DNA from: Hyphochytrium catenoides | Lineage: Eukaryota; Protista; Hyphochytriomycota | DNA length: 64,000 nt | Direction: 5' to 3' | Assembly (NCBI GenBank): GCA_900088475.1 | Contig: FLMG01002540.1 | Coordinates: 63,814-127,813, forward strand | Shown here: piece by piece, positions 24,292 to 38,446 of the stretch | Position numbering within the stretch: the first letter of the stretch is position 1 | Layout of the letters: every line of letters starts with the position of its first letter | Position numbers and translations under genes: made by a program | The notes under the pieces: model-generated | What the model saw: the letters and a program-made list of their open reading frames with translations, nothing else | Database searches by the model: none | Told to the model about the DNA's origin: nothing

Positions 24292-27200
24292 TTATCTATT
24301 CAGTCTATGGACAAACTGCTCCGTCAACTCATTGCCGCCCCAAACCGCCAGATTCTTTCTCACCGTCTCGATCCATTTCACCTTCATCTCTAAAGTGCGC
24401 GCCTCTACAACTAAACGGATGAGAGAGCTTTGCAGCTCACATTGCTTGTACCAGGTAGAGGAAAATGCGAGAAGCCATCTGGCTCTCTCTTCACATGAGG
24501 AGAGATGGAAGCCTGTAGAGGACAGGTCCCGCATGAGGAGAGGAATATCTTCAATGTCAATATCAAACGCATGGAGGGGAAGAGCATCCGTGGCGTCAGC
24601 GATACGAAGCTGACCCGCCTTCTGAATGCAGGCCATGCACTTCTCCTTGTCCTCAGCTGTCTCTAAGTAGACACGGAACTGATGACTTCGCTTCGAAAGA
24701 GTTGAGGGCGAAGATGAATCTCTTCGCCCTTTAAAGGCGGAAAAGTTCGTGAGGAGAATATCGAAGAGATTTTCACTACCTGAAGAAGACACGTGATCTC
24801 TAATGGCAAGCACCGCATACTTCTCCTCTCTCAGTGAGAGCACGGTCTCATGAGTAGATGATGACCACAAGGCATGAGGCGACATTCTGCCTGAACTCTG
24901 GGGAGAGGAAGAAGATGAACCTTCCTCTTCTCGGGGAAGAGTACCGTCAACAGGTGCTCTACTATCCGGTGGGGGGGAGGTGTTTACATCTTCTCCTATC
25001 CTAGCACTGTCCACCCTAGAAGATGAGCCTTGCTTTAAGCCGCGAGGTAGGGGAGAGACGGTATCCGTGACCTGAACGGTCATGATCGCCGGCATACTAA
25101 GGGAAGCCGGGTGTTCCAGAGGCAAGTAAGGTGGTACCGGAGAAGAGGCAGCGCTAATAGCCTCTGCCTCAGCCTTCGAACGCATCTTCACTACTCGAAG
25201 CTCCAAACCCGTCAGCTCAAACTTGAAACTTCCTCTCTCACCCCTTTGCTTCACGACGTCACAGAGTGCATCTGGTCTCAGGGCGTCTGGGGAGAGTGAA
25301 GCCTCATCTCTCTCCTTGGAAGGAAAATCAAACTCGAACACGGCCGAGAGAGGGTAGTGGTCAGATAAATCTCTGCAGCCCATCCCGTTGAAAACAAAGT
25401 CTTCCGGGCCAAAGATAGGCGCATATGAGCATTGAGAGCGTTTGGGAAGGAGGTGGGAAGTTGAATAGAGAATGTAATCTAAGTCTTCCTGCACTCCAGC
25501 TGAGCTGACCGTTCCGCGACACTAGTTGAAAAAAGGGTGCACATGACGATGAGTAATAGTGAAAAAGAGAGCGTTCTGAAGCTACAGAGCCCACAATGAG
25601 CACATAATCCACAGTTTCAGTATGTGTTCCAGGAATGCGAAGGCGGAAGACGACGTTTGAGCATAACTGTTAGTCTTACCAGCGGATTGTTCTCCGGATC
25701 GAATGACACTTTTCTCCTAAGATCCCCTTCTCCCTCTACAAAGTCAGGATCGGAAGCTCCAAGCGCCTCTAACACCTCTGAGTACTCTGTCGACTCCGTC
25801 CTTAGAAGTCTATCGACATTAAGATCTCCCACAATAAATACAGGTTCCGTTCGAGGGATCTGCTTCTCCTCTATAAATGAGCGAAGAATGCTCACCTGAT
25901 GATAACGATAGATTAGACCGTAAGGCAACTCAGAGAGAAAATAGCGTACGCATCAAAGAGGGCCGAGCACCAGCGCCTAAGCCTTCTGGATCATACTAAA
26001 CTTTCAAAAGCGAAAAGCATTCACCTGGAGGCGACGAGTTTTCAGAGCCTCGGGCTTGTTCCACGCCTGCATGTGAGTGCCGAAGACATGGAACAGCCTA
26101 TTCTCCTTTCTTATTCTTGCGTAGATAATGCCCTTGTCGGCCACTCTATCTTCTAAGGCACAGACTGAGCCATACAACCTTGTATCAGCATATTCTATGG
26201 GCCATTTAGAGACAATGACCACGCCGCCATCTAGAATCTTCCTTGGATTCCCTTCTAGGTGCCCTACGACTGGTGTTTCATAAAGAAAGCCTTGCTGCTT
26301 CATTCTACGCAGTAGAGTAGGCCGCGATCGACGGCAAAAAGCCTCTTCGAATACTACTACATCCGCTATCGGAAAGCGATGAGAGAGAGCAGGTGGAATC
26401 CACTCTGCTCTCTTTGTTTTGAGCGGAGAAGTGCCAGAGAACCGAGAAATCTTGTCGGGAAGCATCCAAACATTGTAGTTAACAATAGAGAAAATGCATT
26501 GTAGAGGATGAAGGACTGGTGGGGGCGCGAGAGGTCGGAAAACATGCCTAAGCAGAAATGTCCCGGGGGTATTGGCTGTGGCCGTGCTAATATAAAGATT
26601 GGAGTCGTACATCTTCCTCGATCTTCCCTTGATGCCCCAAAAGGCCCCCCAATGTCCAGCTCCTGAATCGCTCCCTTTGTCTCCTTGGTGATGCACCTCA
26701 ATCCAAACTGCATCATTATAACGTACGGATGTGCTCTCGCGGTGGTCATCGAGCTGAATTGAAGCTTTGACCAAACGAAAGAGAGATGGAGGGTCTTCCT
26801 TAGAGGCAGAAACGAAGCCGTCGCCGTTATGTACGAGAAAGTGACCACTGGCCAAGCGAAGGCGGAAAGGATCGCCATACATAACCATTGTGGAGTGCCG
26901 GCACTGCAAAGAAAAAGGAAGCGAGAGCGGCAATGTTGGAGCCGTGGCGGAGTAAGTCGTTAGCCTTCTGTGCTAATGAGCGAGCCTTAGGGAAAAGAGG
27001 ATTGTAATGCGAACCGACACACAAGAAACAATGTAGCAGATCTAATTCGGCGTATCATACATGCACATAAAAGCCAAGTTGGGACAGGGAGAGCATAAGA
27101 AAAGTGAAGAGAAAATAAAAGACAAGGTATCTCGGCAGGGGGCACGGCTGGCGAGCGGGACCTCTCCGGATACCAGATAGAGAGAGTGGGCCCTTCTCTA

Positions 27201-29228
27201 AATACAGATAACAGAGATGTGTAGAACTAGAAAATTTGAGCGTATAATTTTCAGGAAACAGTCATGTGCGCAACCGCCACTGACCTCTTCATAGGGGTAC
27301 GTGATTGTCAGCACTTCTCGATTCACTTGGGCATGGGTCAGCACTAGTTTGCGGCCAGAAGAGAGAGAAAAAGAAAACCGCTGCCTGGCAGACGTTGAGA
27401 CCCATCGGCCACAGCCCTGTAGGCAAAAACTGTCCCCATAGGCCAGAATGGAGCTAGAACCGAGGGCTAAAGGAGGGAGCTGAGACTCTCTTGTAGGCAG
27501 CTCAGGGTAAGGCAAGAGAGGCTCCTCTTCAACACTTTCATTCTCCTCCTCTGTCTCTTCCAGCTCAAGCTGACCAATAGATAAGCCTTTGATGTCTTCC
27601 TCTAATAGTCTTAGACAATCTGGTATAAGAGGGCGGTAATAGCAGGTACATGAATACACTAAAGATCAACTATTGGCACCAGAAGGTAAAGCAGACAGAA
27701 CTCATCAATAGAGTGCCATGGACTAGGGAGCAGGTGGGGGACAATGATAGAATCGAAGTAGGAAATGAGTCATGTGGCGACAATCACCTGCTAGGGCAGA
27801 GGCCGTCACCTTGCCCTGTATAACGCACAAAATTTCCGTGATCCAAACCATCATCGTAGGACCATCGGGAGCGCGAAGCGCCACGCTCTCATGTGCCGCT
27901 TGTCCTGTCCGTCCGTTCTCTCCGTGGTCTCTCCTATCAGGCTCTTCCCCCTCTTTCCAGAGTAGGAAGAGATAGCTCTCCATGTCCTCCACTCTAGGCT
28001 TTTTCCCCTTGCAGCTCCATCGTCTCTCAGCGTTAGCTGTGTATCGTTCTTTGTGAGCATATAACATGCCCGACTTCCCAAGCCGCATCCAGTATAGCAG
28101 CCACTTTTTCCCCACTTTTGCATGCAGAGGACCCTCATACGCCAGCTCTGAGCCCTGACGACGGAGAGAGGATATCGAGAGCGAAGGAGGGGGAGAGGAT
28201 ATCGAGAGCGAAGGAGGGGGAGAGAAAAGGGACGATGAGTGGATCACAGGGAAGAGCTCGGTGACGTGTGAGGCCACGACAAGAGAGGAGCTCGTGCCAA
28301 CCAGCTGGAGGTTTGAAGTGTCATACCACCTAGCACACCCCATTGGAAAGATATAGCAACTCCTAATGCCCCTCACATTCCTAGCTCTCACTCACTATCT
28401 CGTGATAGTTTCATCGCCTCCTCAGATCCCTAACTTCATTGCTAGCTCTTATCAGCGGCATAGAGTCGCAAGCTAGACTAACATGGGCACTTCGTCCCTC
28501 TATTCTGTGTTCTCGTACCTCTTCTTTGTCCACCTCAGCATCATTTTCCTTGTGATAAAGCGTAAAGGACAGAATGGGTCTCAGCTGTTCTACCGCACGC
28601 CCATCTACATCTTCAGTCTATCGCAGTTCAAAAGAAGAAGTGTCATGAAAAAGAAAGAAGCAGAAAGATCATTAGGCAAAGTCTGCAAAGTTGACGGCAA
28701 TGCAATGGGAGGATATGATTGAGGAAATATAGGCAAGCATGCAATTGAATATCTGCATCCGGAGACAGGTGAGACTGGCTGCCACAAGGCGCTTTACCTC
28801 TTCAGAGCTCTTAGACGAGTCTCCCAGTTCCGCACTATCAAGGTCTACTCCGTCCGTCACTAGGGGCGGACAGACACATCATATTTGGCAAGAACAAGAA
28901 AGAAGAGAAAAGGAATAGGGTTAGTCAATACTGCTAGGCCTTCAAGATGAGGAAGAGACAGCAGACGAACCTAGCAGGGCGCGTCGACATCTAGCGAATT
29001 ATAAGGTGCTGTCATTGGAAAAGGGAGAAGAAGATAAAGAGCGAGGAAGAGAGAGAGAGAGAGACATAGAAGGCGAAAGTAAAAGTGAGCAAGCAAACCA
29101 TATTCATCTGAATCGAGTTGATGTCGCTGCGCGGCTCCCTCTGCTGCAAGTAAGGGGCTTGGCAGACTGCTTGCGGTGGCATCTGTCGTCTCCTGGTGCT
29201 CCTTTGGCCATTCTGATGAGTCCTTCAT
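24292..29228 (-). CDS. Multidomain neutral sphingomyelinase/phospholipase C (EEP superfamily) with N-terminal PH domain, beta-trefoil-like repeats and a probable second PH-like region
   Basis: EEP motifs in order: NYNVWML, DVVVFEEAF, DGGVVIVSKWPI, DKGIIYARI, HVFGTHMQAW, IVGDLNVD, SFDPENNPL, LDYILYS, LSDHYP. PH: YEGPLHAKVGKKWLLYWMRL...LRAPDGPTMMVWITEI. Repeats YGDSFCL, YGDPFRL, YNDAVWI. Confidence 0.85.
28166..28223. repeat. 27-bp tandem duplication in a probable intronic pyrimidine tract
   Basis: GAGAGGATATCGAGAGCGAAGGAGGGG x2. Confidence 0.9.
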
Positions 29229-30532
29229 ACTACTTAAAGACTCAGGTCACGGAGAATCCTGCGACTGGAAGAGAATACTACGAACCCGCGGCGGAGGAGC
29301 AAGGCCGTTACCGAGAGCCGACAGATGACGGACACACCGAACCACCAAGACGCTACGGACTGAATGGCATTTCCTTTCTTCGTGCGGTACTTCCACGACC
29401 AGTCGTAACTGAAATCGGCGAGAGAAGAATCAGGTGGAAGATAGAGAGAGATGGTTAAGAGAGGACTCGAGGATGGAGAAGGAACAGAACAGGGAGAGGA
29501 AAAGAGAAACACACGCAGTGTCAAAGGTGCCAAAGGCTCAGGCTTGAAGAGCAAGCCATGGTATCGCTGAGCTGAGATCTTGGGCTTCTCATGCCAAAGA
29601 GATCTGTCGAGCAGGGTAGGCAGGGCACACAGCGAACGGTGTAGAGTCAGAACGGGGCAGAGAGAAGCTGGCACAGAGCTCCAAGTGCAGAGATGCAGAG
29701 ATGCTGACAGCAACGAAGACACGGCTCTAACTCTTAAAGAGTGAAAGGGGAGACAGAAATAGCTAAAGCGAGAAAGATTGGAAGGAGATATGAGATGTCT
29801 TGTGTGAATAGGCTTTAAAATGAGAGGTAACAGGAGGAAGAGGGACAAATGCAGGAGCCAGAGCGTGGGTGAGAGAGAGAAAGTGGGTAAAGAGATAGAG
29901 AGACATCATGGTCGGAACTAGATTCTTGACCAAGTGAAGAGAGATGTGGCCGATGAATATTTCAACTCCATTAATACTTCCGAAAGTTATATGCAATAAA
30001 GGATAGGCAAACCAGCAAATAGAGGCTGTAAGGTTTCAATTACGAAATATTTCATGAAGTGGCATCGCTGTTTCTGACACATCAACTTCGAGTTCAGCGC
30101 CTGCCGCTGCTTACAGTTCTTCAACTAAGAAGGTCTAGGACATGACAGCAGGGCAATCAGAGGCAGCAATGTGCTGACAGTGAAGCTTGGAGACTCGACC
30201 TTCGTCTGGTGCAAGACGCCATCAGAAAGCTTCTAACGTTTCCTTCACACGTAAGGAGTGTACATTAGCCGCTAAAGTATATCTGAGCTACCGTTGCTCT
30301 CTCGCAGTGGGATATGCATCCTGTAAATATGGGACTGTCACGCACGGCGGACAGAGCTGACAACTAGCGTCTAGCGTCCCTTCCCCCATCATTAGAGTCG
30401 CCATATATGTTTGGATCTATATACCACGATCTCGGTTTTGAGGAAGTTTGATATTGTTCAAGAATGTGATGGAGGCCAAGCTCAAGTAGCATGGCAGTAC
30501 TAATCCTTTATTAGATCCGTAACACTTTTCCT

Positions 30533-32599
30533 TCAGGGAGTGATAGGTGTAGGTAGTGAGAAGTCGATCATAACCTTTGTACAGTTCTCTTTCTTTTTAT
30601 GAAAGAGCTCATAGGCCCTTGGCGCTTGGTCTATACTCACTCGATGACTTACGATTCCTGAGAAATCGTAGCGCTTGCTCTTTATGATGTCAAGGCACTT
30701 CTCCATGTAGAAGCGCGCAGGGCATCTTCCCGTTCGGAAAGTGATGTTCTTGTCATAGAAGGAGGAAGGAGGGAAAGGAAGAGTCTCCTCCGTGTTAACG
30801 CCCACAGAGGACAGACTGCCTCCAGGTCGAAGAAGAGAAAAGGCAAGACCGATGGCAGAAGAGCTGCCCACAGCTTCCATCACTCCGTCCGCTCCCCTCC
30901 CATCTGTAGCTTCTTTTACAACTTCAAGGGGATCAGAGAGAGTATAAGAAATGGCACGGGCACCAAGAGATTCTGCAAGGGCGAGCCTCTCGGGTAGGCT
31001 GTCGATAGCGTAGATTCTCTCGGCACCAAGCTCTTTCGCCCCAATAATCGCCATCAATCCGACGGGGCCGCACCCCACCACGACATACTAATGAAGTAAG
31101 GGGCGTAATTTGCGGGAGGACAGTTAACAAGGGATAGTGTGAAACGTTACATCGCGGCATCACATGGTAAGAACTGAAGACAACAAGACAGATCGTTTAG
31201 GTCGTCAAAGTGCTAGACGCAGAGGTGCGGAAAATTCTTCAGGATCCGGGCGCAGATGCTCTAAGTAAAAGGGAAAGCCATCACCCTTTTTTCAGAAAAA
31301 CTATCAACAGGCGGAAGATCTGGGCGTCTCTGCTACCGACGCAAGGAACAGCGTAGCTCAGTACTCACCACTCCTTCTGGTCTATCGGTTTCGATGCCTG
31401 CGCCTCTCGCACAATGGTATCTGGTGGTAAAGGGCAAGGTGAGGAGGAGTCAGGAGGCAGTAGACATACGGTGCGGCTAGTAGGCGTACCCGGTGGGAAG
31501 AATATCTCCTAGAAAGAGAGCCTCCTCTGTCGTCAATTCCTCTGGGATTGGAAGAAGAGTGCTTTCAGCTAGAGGAACCCGGACAAACTCAGCTTGTGTT
31601 CCGTGTAGGCCTTGCCCATTCTCCCTCCAACCAAAAAGCTACGGCTTCCGGTTAGCAGCCAGCATATTGGAGCTGAGAAAATGCAATCTCGGCTCGAAGA
31701 AGATAGGGATCGAGAGAAAATAAACAGAAGGTATAGATTCCAGCAAGAGTGTTGAGCAGCTTAATCACGACTAGAGGAGAACACAATGGCCCGAAAGTGA
31801 CGACAGTGTGCCAGGAGCACACAACCGTCACATCAGTGCGGCTCTTGCTTAGGTGCTTGCGCGGGCATACATGGAGGAAGCTAGGAGAGCGCAAGGAGAG
31901 ATAGAAATATTCGAGGTGTACTTGCAGGCTACCTGGCCAGATTCACAGCGGCAGGTGAGTCCTCTCTTGCAATAGAAGCAGTGGCCACAGGAGGTGGTAA
32001 AGGGAGAAGCAACACGATCTCCGACCTATGGCTTCCAGCAGAAGAGTCATTTTGTCAGCATGACATCATTGCCTCATTCTTTTCTCCTCAGAGTCACTCG
32101 CCCTTACCCATTCCTCTCGGATTCTACACTTCTGCACTTGTCCCCTTGCACATTGCATAACAGTCACCGTGGCTACCTCTTCTAAACTTCGTTCCCACTT
32201 TGATGCCAGTCTTCTCCTGTTACTTCCTCCTGTTCTATGTGCCACTCTGTCTCCCCAACGTCCCTCCTTCTTCCTCCCACATCTTTTTCCATCTCGACTC
32301 TCTGCATCTTGATATCATAAGCTTCTGGTTCAACGCCTGGACGCCATTACCTTGAGCCGAGTGGCGCTAGTTCCAACTTTCCACACCCTTCCGACAAATT
32401 CATGGCCCATCACCGTGCCGACCTCCAGTCCCTTCTCTCTCTCTGTGTAGGGATGGAGATCACTGCCACAGATTCCTGCAGCTTCCACCTTCACGATGTA
32501 ATCAGATGGAGAGGAGAGTTCAGGGATCGGAAGATGGTCAACAGAAAGTTGCTCTTTGCCCCGGAAGCAGAGCCCTTTCATCAACCCTGAAGATGCCAT
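30533..32599 (-). CDS. Zinc-dependent medium-chain dehydrogenase (FDH-like MDR family), 5 exons
   Basis: GICGSDLH, MGHEFVG, structural-Zn CGHCFYCKRGLTCRC, GTQAEFVRVP, LGDILPTG, Rossmann VGCGPVG, TDGRGAD. Four in-phase GT-AG introns. Confidence 0.92.
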
Positions 32600-33244
32600 C
32601 TTCCTCGAACCAGATGAGTAGAGCAGTTGATTGAACGCGTTGAAGAGTTTTGTCAATAATGCAAGTCCTGCCGGCTGAGAGGCATAGGGGAGCTAGAGAA
32701 CGTAGAGATAAGACAGAGAGAGAGACAGCAGAAGAGGCGAGAGTTACGGAGGGTGCGCTTAGAGACAGAGATGTTGGGACAGAGAGGGAGAGAGAGATGG
32801 AGAGGGCTCTAAGCTGGTGCGGCAAAGGAACAAAGGACAGGAAGGGTTTCGAAAGATCAGAACACTCCTCTCTCTCACACCATATTTCAATTAAGGGCAT
32901 CAGAGATTCCATATAACATCTGGAAAAAGGCTATTGATCGGGAATATAGCAGCTGGAGTGCCTGAAGTGGCTGAACAGCTTCAACATCAGGCTCTGGAGA
33001 GCTGGCAAGCAACCAGACAGCGACATCAGCCGTCTGCTACTCGGCTTAACAGCTTATTGTCGCTGTCAGCGTCCTGCCCCTCAGCAGCAGCACTTCGGTA
33101 GTAGCAATGGCCTCGCGGCGCTTCACCTAGTCAATAAAGGAGGTGGGGCACAACGCTCTTAATATTGCCCAAGTACCTAGGATCTATTAGGCACCTTCAT
33201 CTTGTCTTTTCTGGATTGGACTTCCCTAGAGTTTCAGAACGAAA

Positions 33245-34612
33245 ATGTTAAGGAGAGGCCTTGATCGGTTGCTGATTACTGGGGGAAGAAGGCTTCTTGT
33301 CTCTCCTGCAGCGAGCGCAAGAGGTCTTCACACTGGATTGGATGACGAAAGGAGAGAAGTCGAGCGGATTCGAGAAGAGTTGAGATCGTTAGGCAGTGGC
33401 AAAGTAACTCTGCAGCTTGATCTTCAGCTGGAAGGAGAGAAGGCGGCGGAGTATAATGGAAGAAAAAGTGCCATTGCGCTAATCACAGTAAGCAATCCTG
33501 AGAGGAAGAATGCACTAAGCGGGAAGATGATGGCTGAGCTCAGTGATTGCGTAGACTCTCTCTCTTCATGGCCAGGTTGCTGTGTGATCCTGACTGGTGA
33601 AGGTAGTAGCTTTTGCAGCGGTGCGGACCTTGGAGTGGCGAGAGAAAGACTGAACACTAAGGAAGCGGGACGAGATATGTGCCTTCTCATGACCAACACA
33701 CTGACCAGATTAAGACAGGTTAGCCCCGGATTGCCTGGAGAACGCTCTTTGGGAAAGTATCTGTTTCTCTCTGTCTCTCTACTCGTCACTCACTCTCTGT
33801 CTTTTTGATGGTGACTACCTGCAAACTTGGGTTCGCCTCAGTCACGTCCTTATATACAACTCTCCCTCCTCCAAGTTGCACTGTAGCCCACCGTAGCGTC
33901 GGCTCTGCCTTAAACCCCATTGCACTCCATATCGTCCTGGTCGTTGACATCGCCTCTCCTCTTGGCTTGACGCCCGCACAGCTTCCCATCATCAGTATTG
34001 CTGCCATCGAAGGGCCTGCCATTGGGGGCGGCGCAGAGCTTTCAACAGCTTGTGACCATCGTATCTTATCGCGGTCTGCCAAAGTCCAGTTTGTACATGT
34101 CCGCATGGGGGTCTCACCGGGCTGGGGAGGCGGAGGTCGACTGTCTCTTCTAGTGGGTAGACAGAGAGCGCTTAGAATGATCGGGACCGCGGAGCCTCTG
34201 GCTGGCCAGCTGGCGCTTGAGACGGGCTTTGCGGATGGCTTGGTGGACGAGGGAGAGGCATTAGAAGAATCACTAAAGTTAGCCAAGAGTTATGCAGCTG
34301 GGGCGCCAGGTCACCATTTTTCTTCTCTCTCAGGCTCTTTATGACTCCGCTTATAGCAATCTTGCCTTTCCACTACCCTTGCCGATTGGCCATACCCTCT
34401 CCCATCTTTGCTGCTTCTATCTATGATGTGACGACAACTAACGTCCGCTGTTATCAACAGACGCTGTGAGATCGGTAAAACGTGCGATCGCAGCGTCGGA
34501 CGACCTTTCTTTGATGGAGGCCCTGAAGCATGAACGTGAAGCCTTTGCCTCAGTCTGGGGCGGGCCATCCAACCTTGCCGCGTTACACGGCAGAAAGGGA
34601 GGGAGGAGATGA
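33245..34612 (+). CDS. ECHDC1: Crotonase-family protein, ethylmalonyl-CoA decarboxylase-like, with mitochondrial-type presequence (3 exons)
   Basis: NPERKNALSGKMMAEL, FCSGADL, LPIISIAAIEGPAIGGGAELSTACDHR, FVHVRMGVSPGWGGGGRL, FASVWGGPSN. Introns start at 33719 and about 34310. Confidence 0.85.
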
Positions 34613-34790
34613 CAATAGGCATACCCATTTTTCTTACAGGCTTGGGGTTGATGATGCTCACGAATAAACAGAATGAAGGGGGAAAGAAAGCATCGGTGTA
34701 TGCGACTTTGAAACCGATAGACTCTTGTGGCATAGTGAATAGCCACTAGTTGCGCTGCTTGCTAATGATTTACCTTGCCATATGCCAACT

Positions 34791-37699
34791 TTATATGGAC
34801 GACTCTGCCATCAAGTGCTGGAGATGACCAGCTTCTTTTTCTAGCAGCTCCTGGTAGGTCCCGCTGTCAATGATTCTTCCTTCTTTTATGATAAAGATTA
34901 CGTCCGCCTTCTTAATCGTTGTTGAGCGATGGGCAATGACCAGCACTGCTCGTTTCCTTTCTCTAATAACCCTGTCTAGTGCATCTTGCACTAAACGTTC
35001 GTTTTCTCCATCCAAACTGCTTGTCGCCTCATCGAAAAGGAGGATCTGCGGATTTTTGAGAACAGCGCGCGCGATAGCAATTCGTTGTTTCTACAAATCA
35101 AGGATGATCAGAACACGTGTCGGTCACATGATTGTGACAGGTTCAGCTTTGGAGCCTGGGATTGTATAGCGTGCGAAGAGGACTGAAGATAGATGCGGAA
35201 GAAGAGGTGAGGTAGTGCTCTGGTACAATGAAAGATTAAGCAGAAGTGGGTAGTCGCTCTGACCTCCAGAGCGTGAAGAGACAAAAACGTGCAATACGTT
35301 GAAGGAGCTTTCCGCTACCTGGCCTCCTGAGAGCTGCAATCCTCTCTCTCCAACTTCCGTTTCGTATCCATTTGGCAGCTCTTGAATGAAGTCATGCGCG
35401 TTAGCCTGTTTAGCAGCCTTCTCTACGTCCTCCTTGGAAGCGGAGGGATGGCCATAAAGGATATTCTCGTAGATTGTACCAAAGAAGAGTGCTGGCTCCT
35501 GCATAAAGAGGTACGATGAGGAAGGTAAAGTGGCAAGCCGATGTTGAGCAAGATGATGAAAAGAGTAGAAAGAGTAGACGCTACTGCCAGGGGCACAGAC
35601 CGCGGGTTGCTAACAGTACTCCCGTAGTAGCTCGTCTAGACTGATAGCCGGTGGAAAGACCCATAACATGCACAGTCGCCAAAACCCGTCGTTTCTATTC
35701 ACCTGTTCCTTCCACTCTAGTCTTTGCCCTCATCAATCTCTGTCTTTCTCACAACTCACCTGGCTGACCACGCCTATCTGGTCCATGTACCAGCTCCTAT
35801 CAAGAGTACTTATCTCGACGTCGTTCATAAGAATGCTGCCCTCAGAAGGTTCGTATAGCTGAGTAAGAAGCTTAGCAACTGTCGACTTTCCAGCGCCACT
35901 GGGGCCTACCAGGGCCACGACTCTGCCAGGAAGGAGCTTAAAGCTGACATTATCTAGAGCTTTCAGCCCTCTTCTTGTCTGGTAAGAGAAGGAGACATAT
36001 TTGAACTCAAGCGACAGAGCAGGAGAAGAAGTCTTGCCGAGTTCCGCTGATACGGACTCTGTTGAGAGTATTCTGCCCTCTCCCTTCTTACTTTTCGGTC
36101 GCATTTCTAGGATAGAGAAGAGCTCCTCACTGCAGCCCAGTACTCTCTTAACATCGCCATAGCTTCTTCCTAAACCCGCAAACCCCACTCCAACCATGAC
36201 GGAGTACATAGCAAAGGATGTTAAGGTGCCCACTGTCAGGCTCCCACTATTCACCAGCCTGGATCCAGTGAATAAGACAGCCAAAAACGACGAGTTCACT
36301 GTGAAGTTTAGCGACGACAAAAAGACTCCTTCCATCGTCTTCCACCTTCTCGCTATGGCTGAACTTTGCTCTATCAAGCGAGAGAAGGTTCTGCACTCGT
36401 CGTTCTCTCTGGCAAACATTTTCACTGTTTGGATGTTTGCTATCTTCTCCTGAGCAAAGGCAGCAGTCGCAGCCACTTGATTCTGATAACGCTTGGACAT
36501 TCTGCTCACTCTCTTACCATAGAGAGCAGCCGCAGAGCCGAGGAAAGGAACAAGCGAAATAGTGACAAGAGTGAGACGCGGAGAAAGAAGGAGAAGCATC
36601 ACTGTTGCCCCTATGGCGGAATTGAGTCCTCTTATGATTCCTGTAGCATAGCTTGTGATAGAATGAGAGAGTACGTCCACATCGGCAGATATTCGAGAAA
36701 CCAGCTCTCCTGACTTTCGCGCTGCCAAGATGAAAGGGAAATGAGAGGACAAGAAGAGGGAAATAGAGCTATCAGAAATCTACGAGGACCTAGGTCAATT
36801 GGACCGAGCTTTTGCCCCACGGGAAAAACGAAGTCTAGGAGGTGGAAAGTTCGGAGAAACCTGCGACTCCTGAGAGTCGGGATCAAAAGCAAGACGGTAG
36901 CATGATAGCAATTTCTGGTACCAGCAAAGAGAGAGACGAAGGTTGCTTTTTTGAGGCACGATTAGAGAGCGAACAGGGCAACGGTTACGAGAGCACAGAG
37001 AGAGCGACGAGTAACGAGGGGTGGACGGAGCACTCAGACCAATTCTATGGGGAGGAGAAGGACAACTCACTTTCAAAGAACTTCATCTCTTGGTGCACAA
37101 TGGATTGGAACAACTTCGTGCGCAGCTTAGAGGCCACCCTCTCCGTCACCATTCCTAAGCTAGAGACGCGAACGTAGGAGGCAGCAGCACCCAAGGCAAA
37201 CACCCCCGTGGCAGCGATGAAAAAGCGTGATGGTGCCAGTCCGCTCGGGTCTTTTCCCGTGGCTATATCGATCGCTTTTCCCATAATGCGAGGGAAGCTT
37301 AGATTTGTTATGCTGTTCACCATCAGGGCAAGGCCACCAACAAGCAGGTGAGTTGTTTCTCCCTTGAGCGTGGCAAGAACCCGGAGAAAAATGTCCGAAG
37401 AACTTAGAGCTCCCGATGCGGTGGGGGTGCCTGAGCAAAGACGCGAATAACGGACAGCGGACTTAGTCAAGGGATCAGGCTGGGGACCGCCGAGACGCAG
37501 AGAAAATGAGGAGCACGGTAGAGTACGTCCGAGGAGACCAAGCTAGATGTCTGTCTGGGAAGTGTCGGCTGAAGTTAGAACTCCTAAACGCTAAGGTGCT
37601 GACTATCGGAGCAGACTAAAGAGATTTATTGGTGGTCTGTCCGCGCATCGAGGTGGTTGGGGGTTACTTACTCTCTGATTCATCGTCCTGCGCTGCCAT
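34791..37699 (-). CDS. ABC-B half transporter, ABCB10/MDL1-like (5' end uncertain)
   Basis: TMD with [39 protein letters not shown]. Walker [11 protein letters not shown]-loop VSQ|EPALF, signature LSGGQ|KQRIAIARA, Walker [13 protein letters not shown]-loop IAHR. Confidence 0.9.
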
Positions 37700-38446
37700 C
37701 TTCAACTAATTCACAAGACCAGTGGTTCTGACTAGCGCTCTATTGCGGGTTGTTATCCGTCGGCTCTCAGGGAATGCTGCTCTTGGAAGTGTAGCCTCCT
37801 ACGTGCGGAGCTACATGCAGGTTCTAGGAGGTAGAGGTAACTGCACTACCTGCTCCATGGATCTCTGGACGTACGTCCTCATTGCGCTTTCGTAAGGTTG
37901 GTTTGTTCTGAACTTTCGTCTAAGAGAAAAAGACGATCATAATTTACAATCTGCGCATTCTTGACAGAGTTTTGATTAAAAAAGCTGTAGAGAGGAAGCC
38001 ATTTGAGAAGGGCTGCCTCAGTCCCAACAAGAACAATCTTTGCATATTGTCAAAATACTATTGGCTTTACTGCGAAAAAAGCCAAAGATGTCAAGAAATC
38101 TTCAAAATCCAAAGCACGGTCGAGCACTCTGGATGACTGATGAAGATCTCCTCCTCCCAGAGATTATGGGCTTCATCGACGTCCTAGCACCATTCTCCAG
38201 CTTCCACAAGAGAGCTTGTCTGAGTGATGAGGTCAAGAGTCACTTTTTATCGGGCAAAGATATGGCTGACAGGTTAGGGCTAACATGGTTGATGGAGGAT
38301 CAGAAGCAATGCACTTGGTCCTTGAAGGCAACCAGCGTAGTTGCCGTCTAACGCAGGCCAAAGGAATAGACGTTGTTAAACAAGCTTCACATGGCTGGCT
38401 TGGCCCTTCTTGGTGACACCTATCCCTGTAAGAATTGCAATTCCCT

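Noticed and set aside
38040-38351. hAT transposase-like word IDVLAPF
   Set aside because: No DDE, RW or dimerisation motifs and no TIRs.
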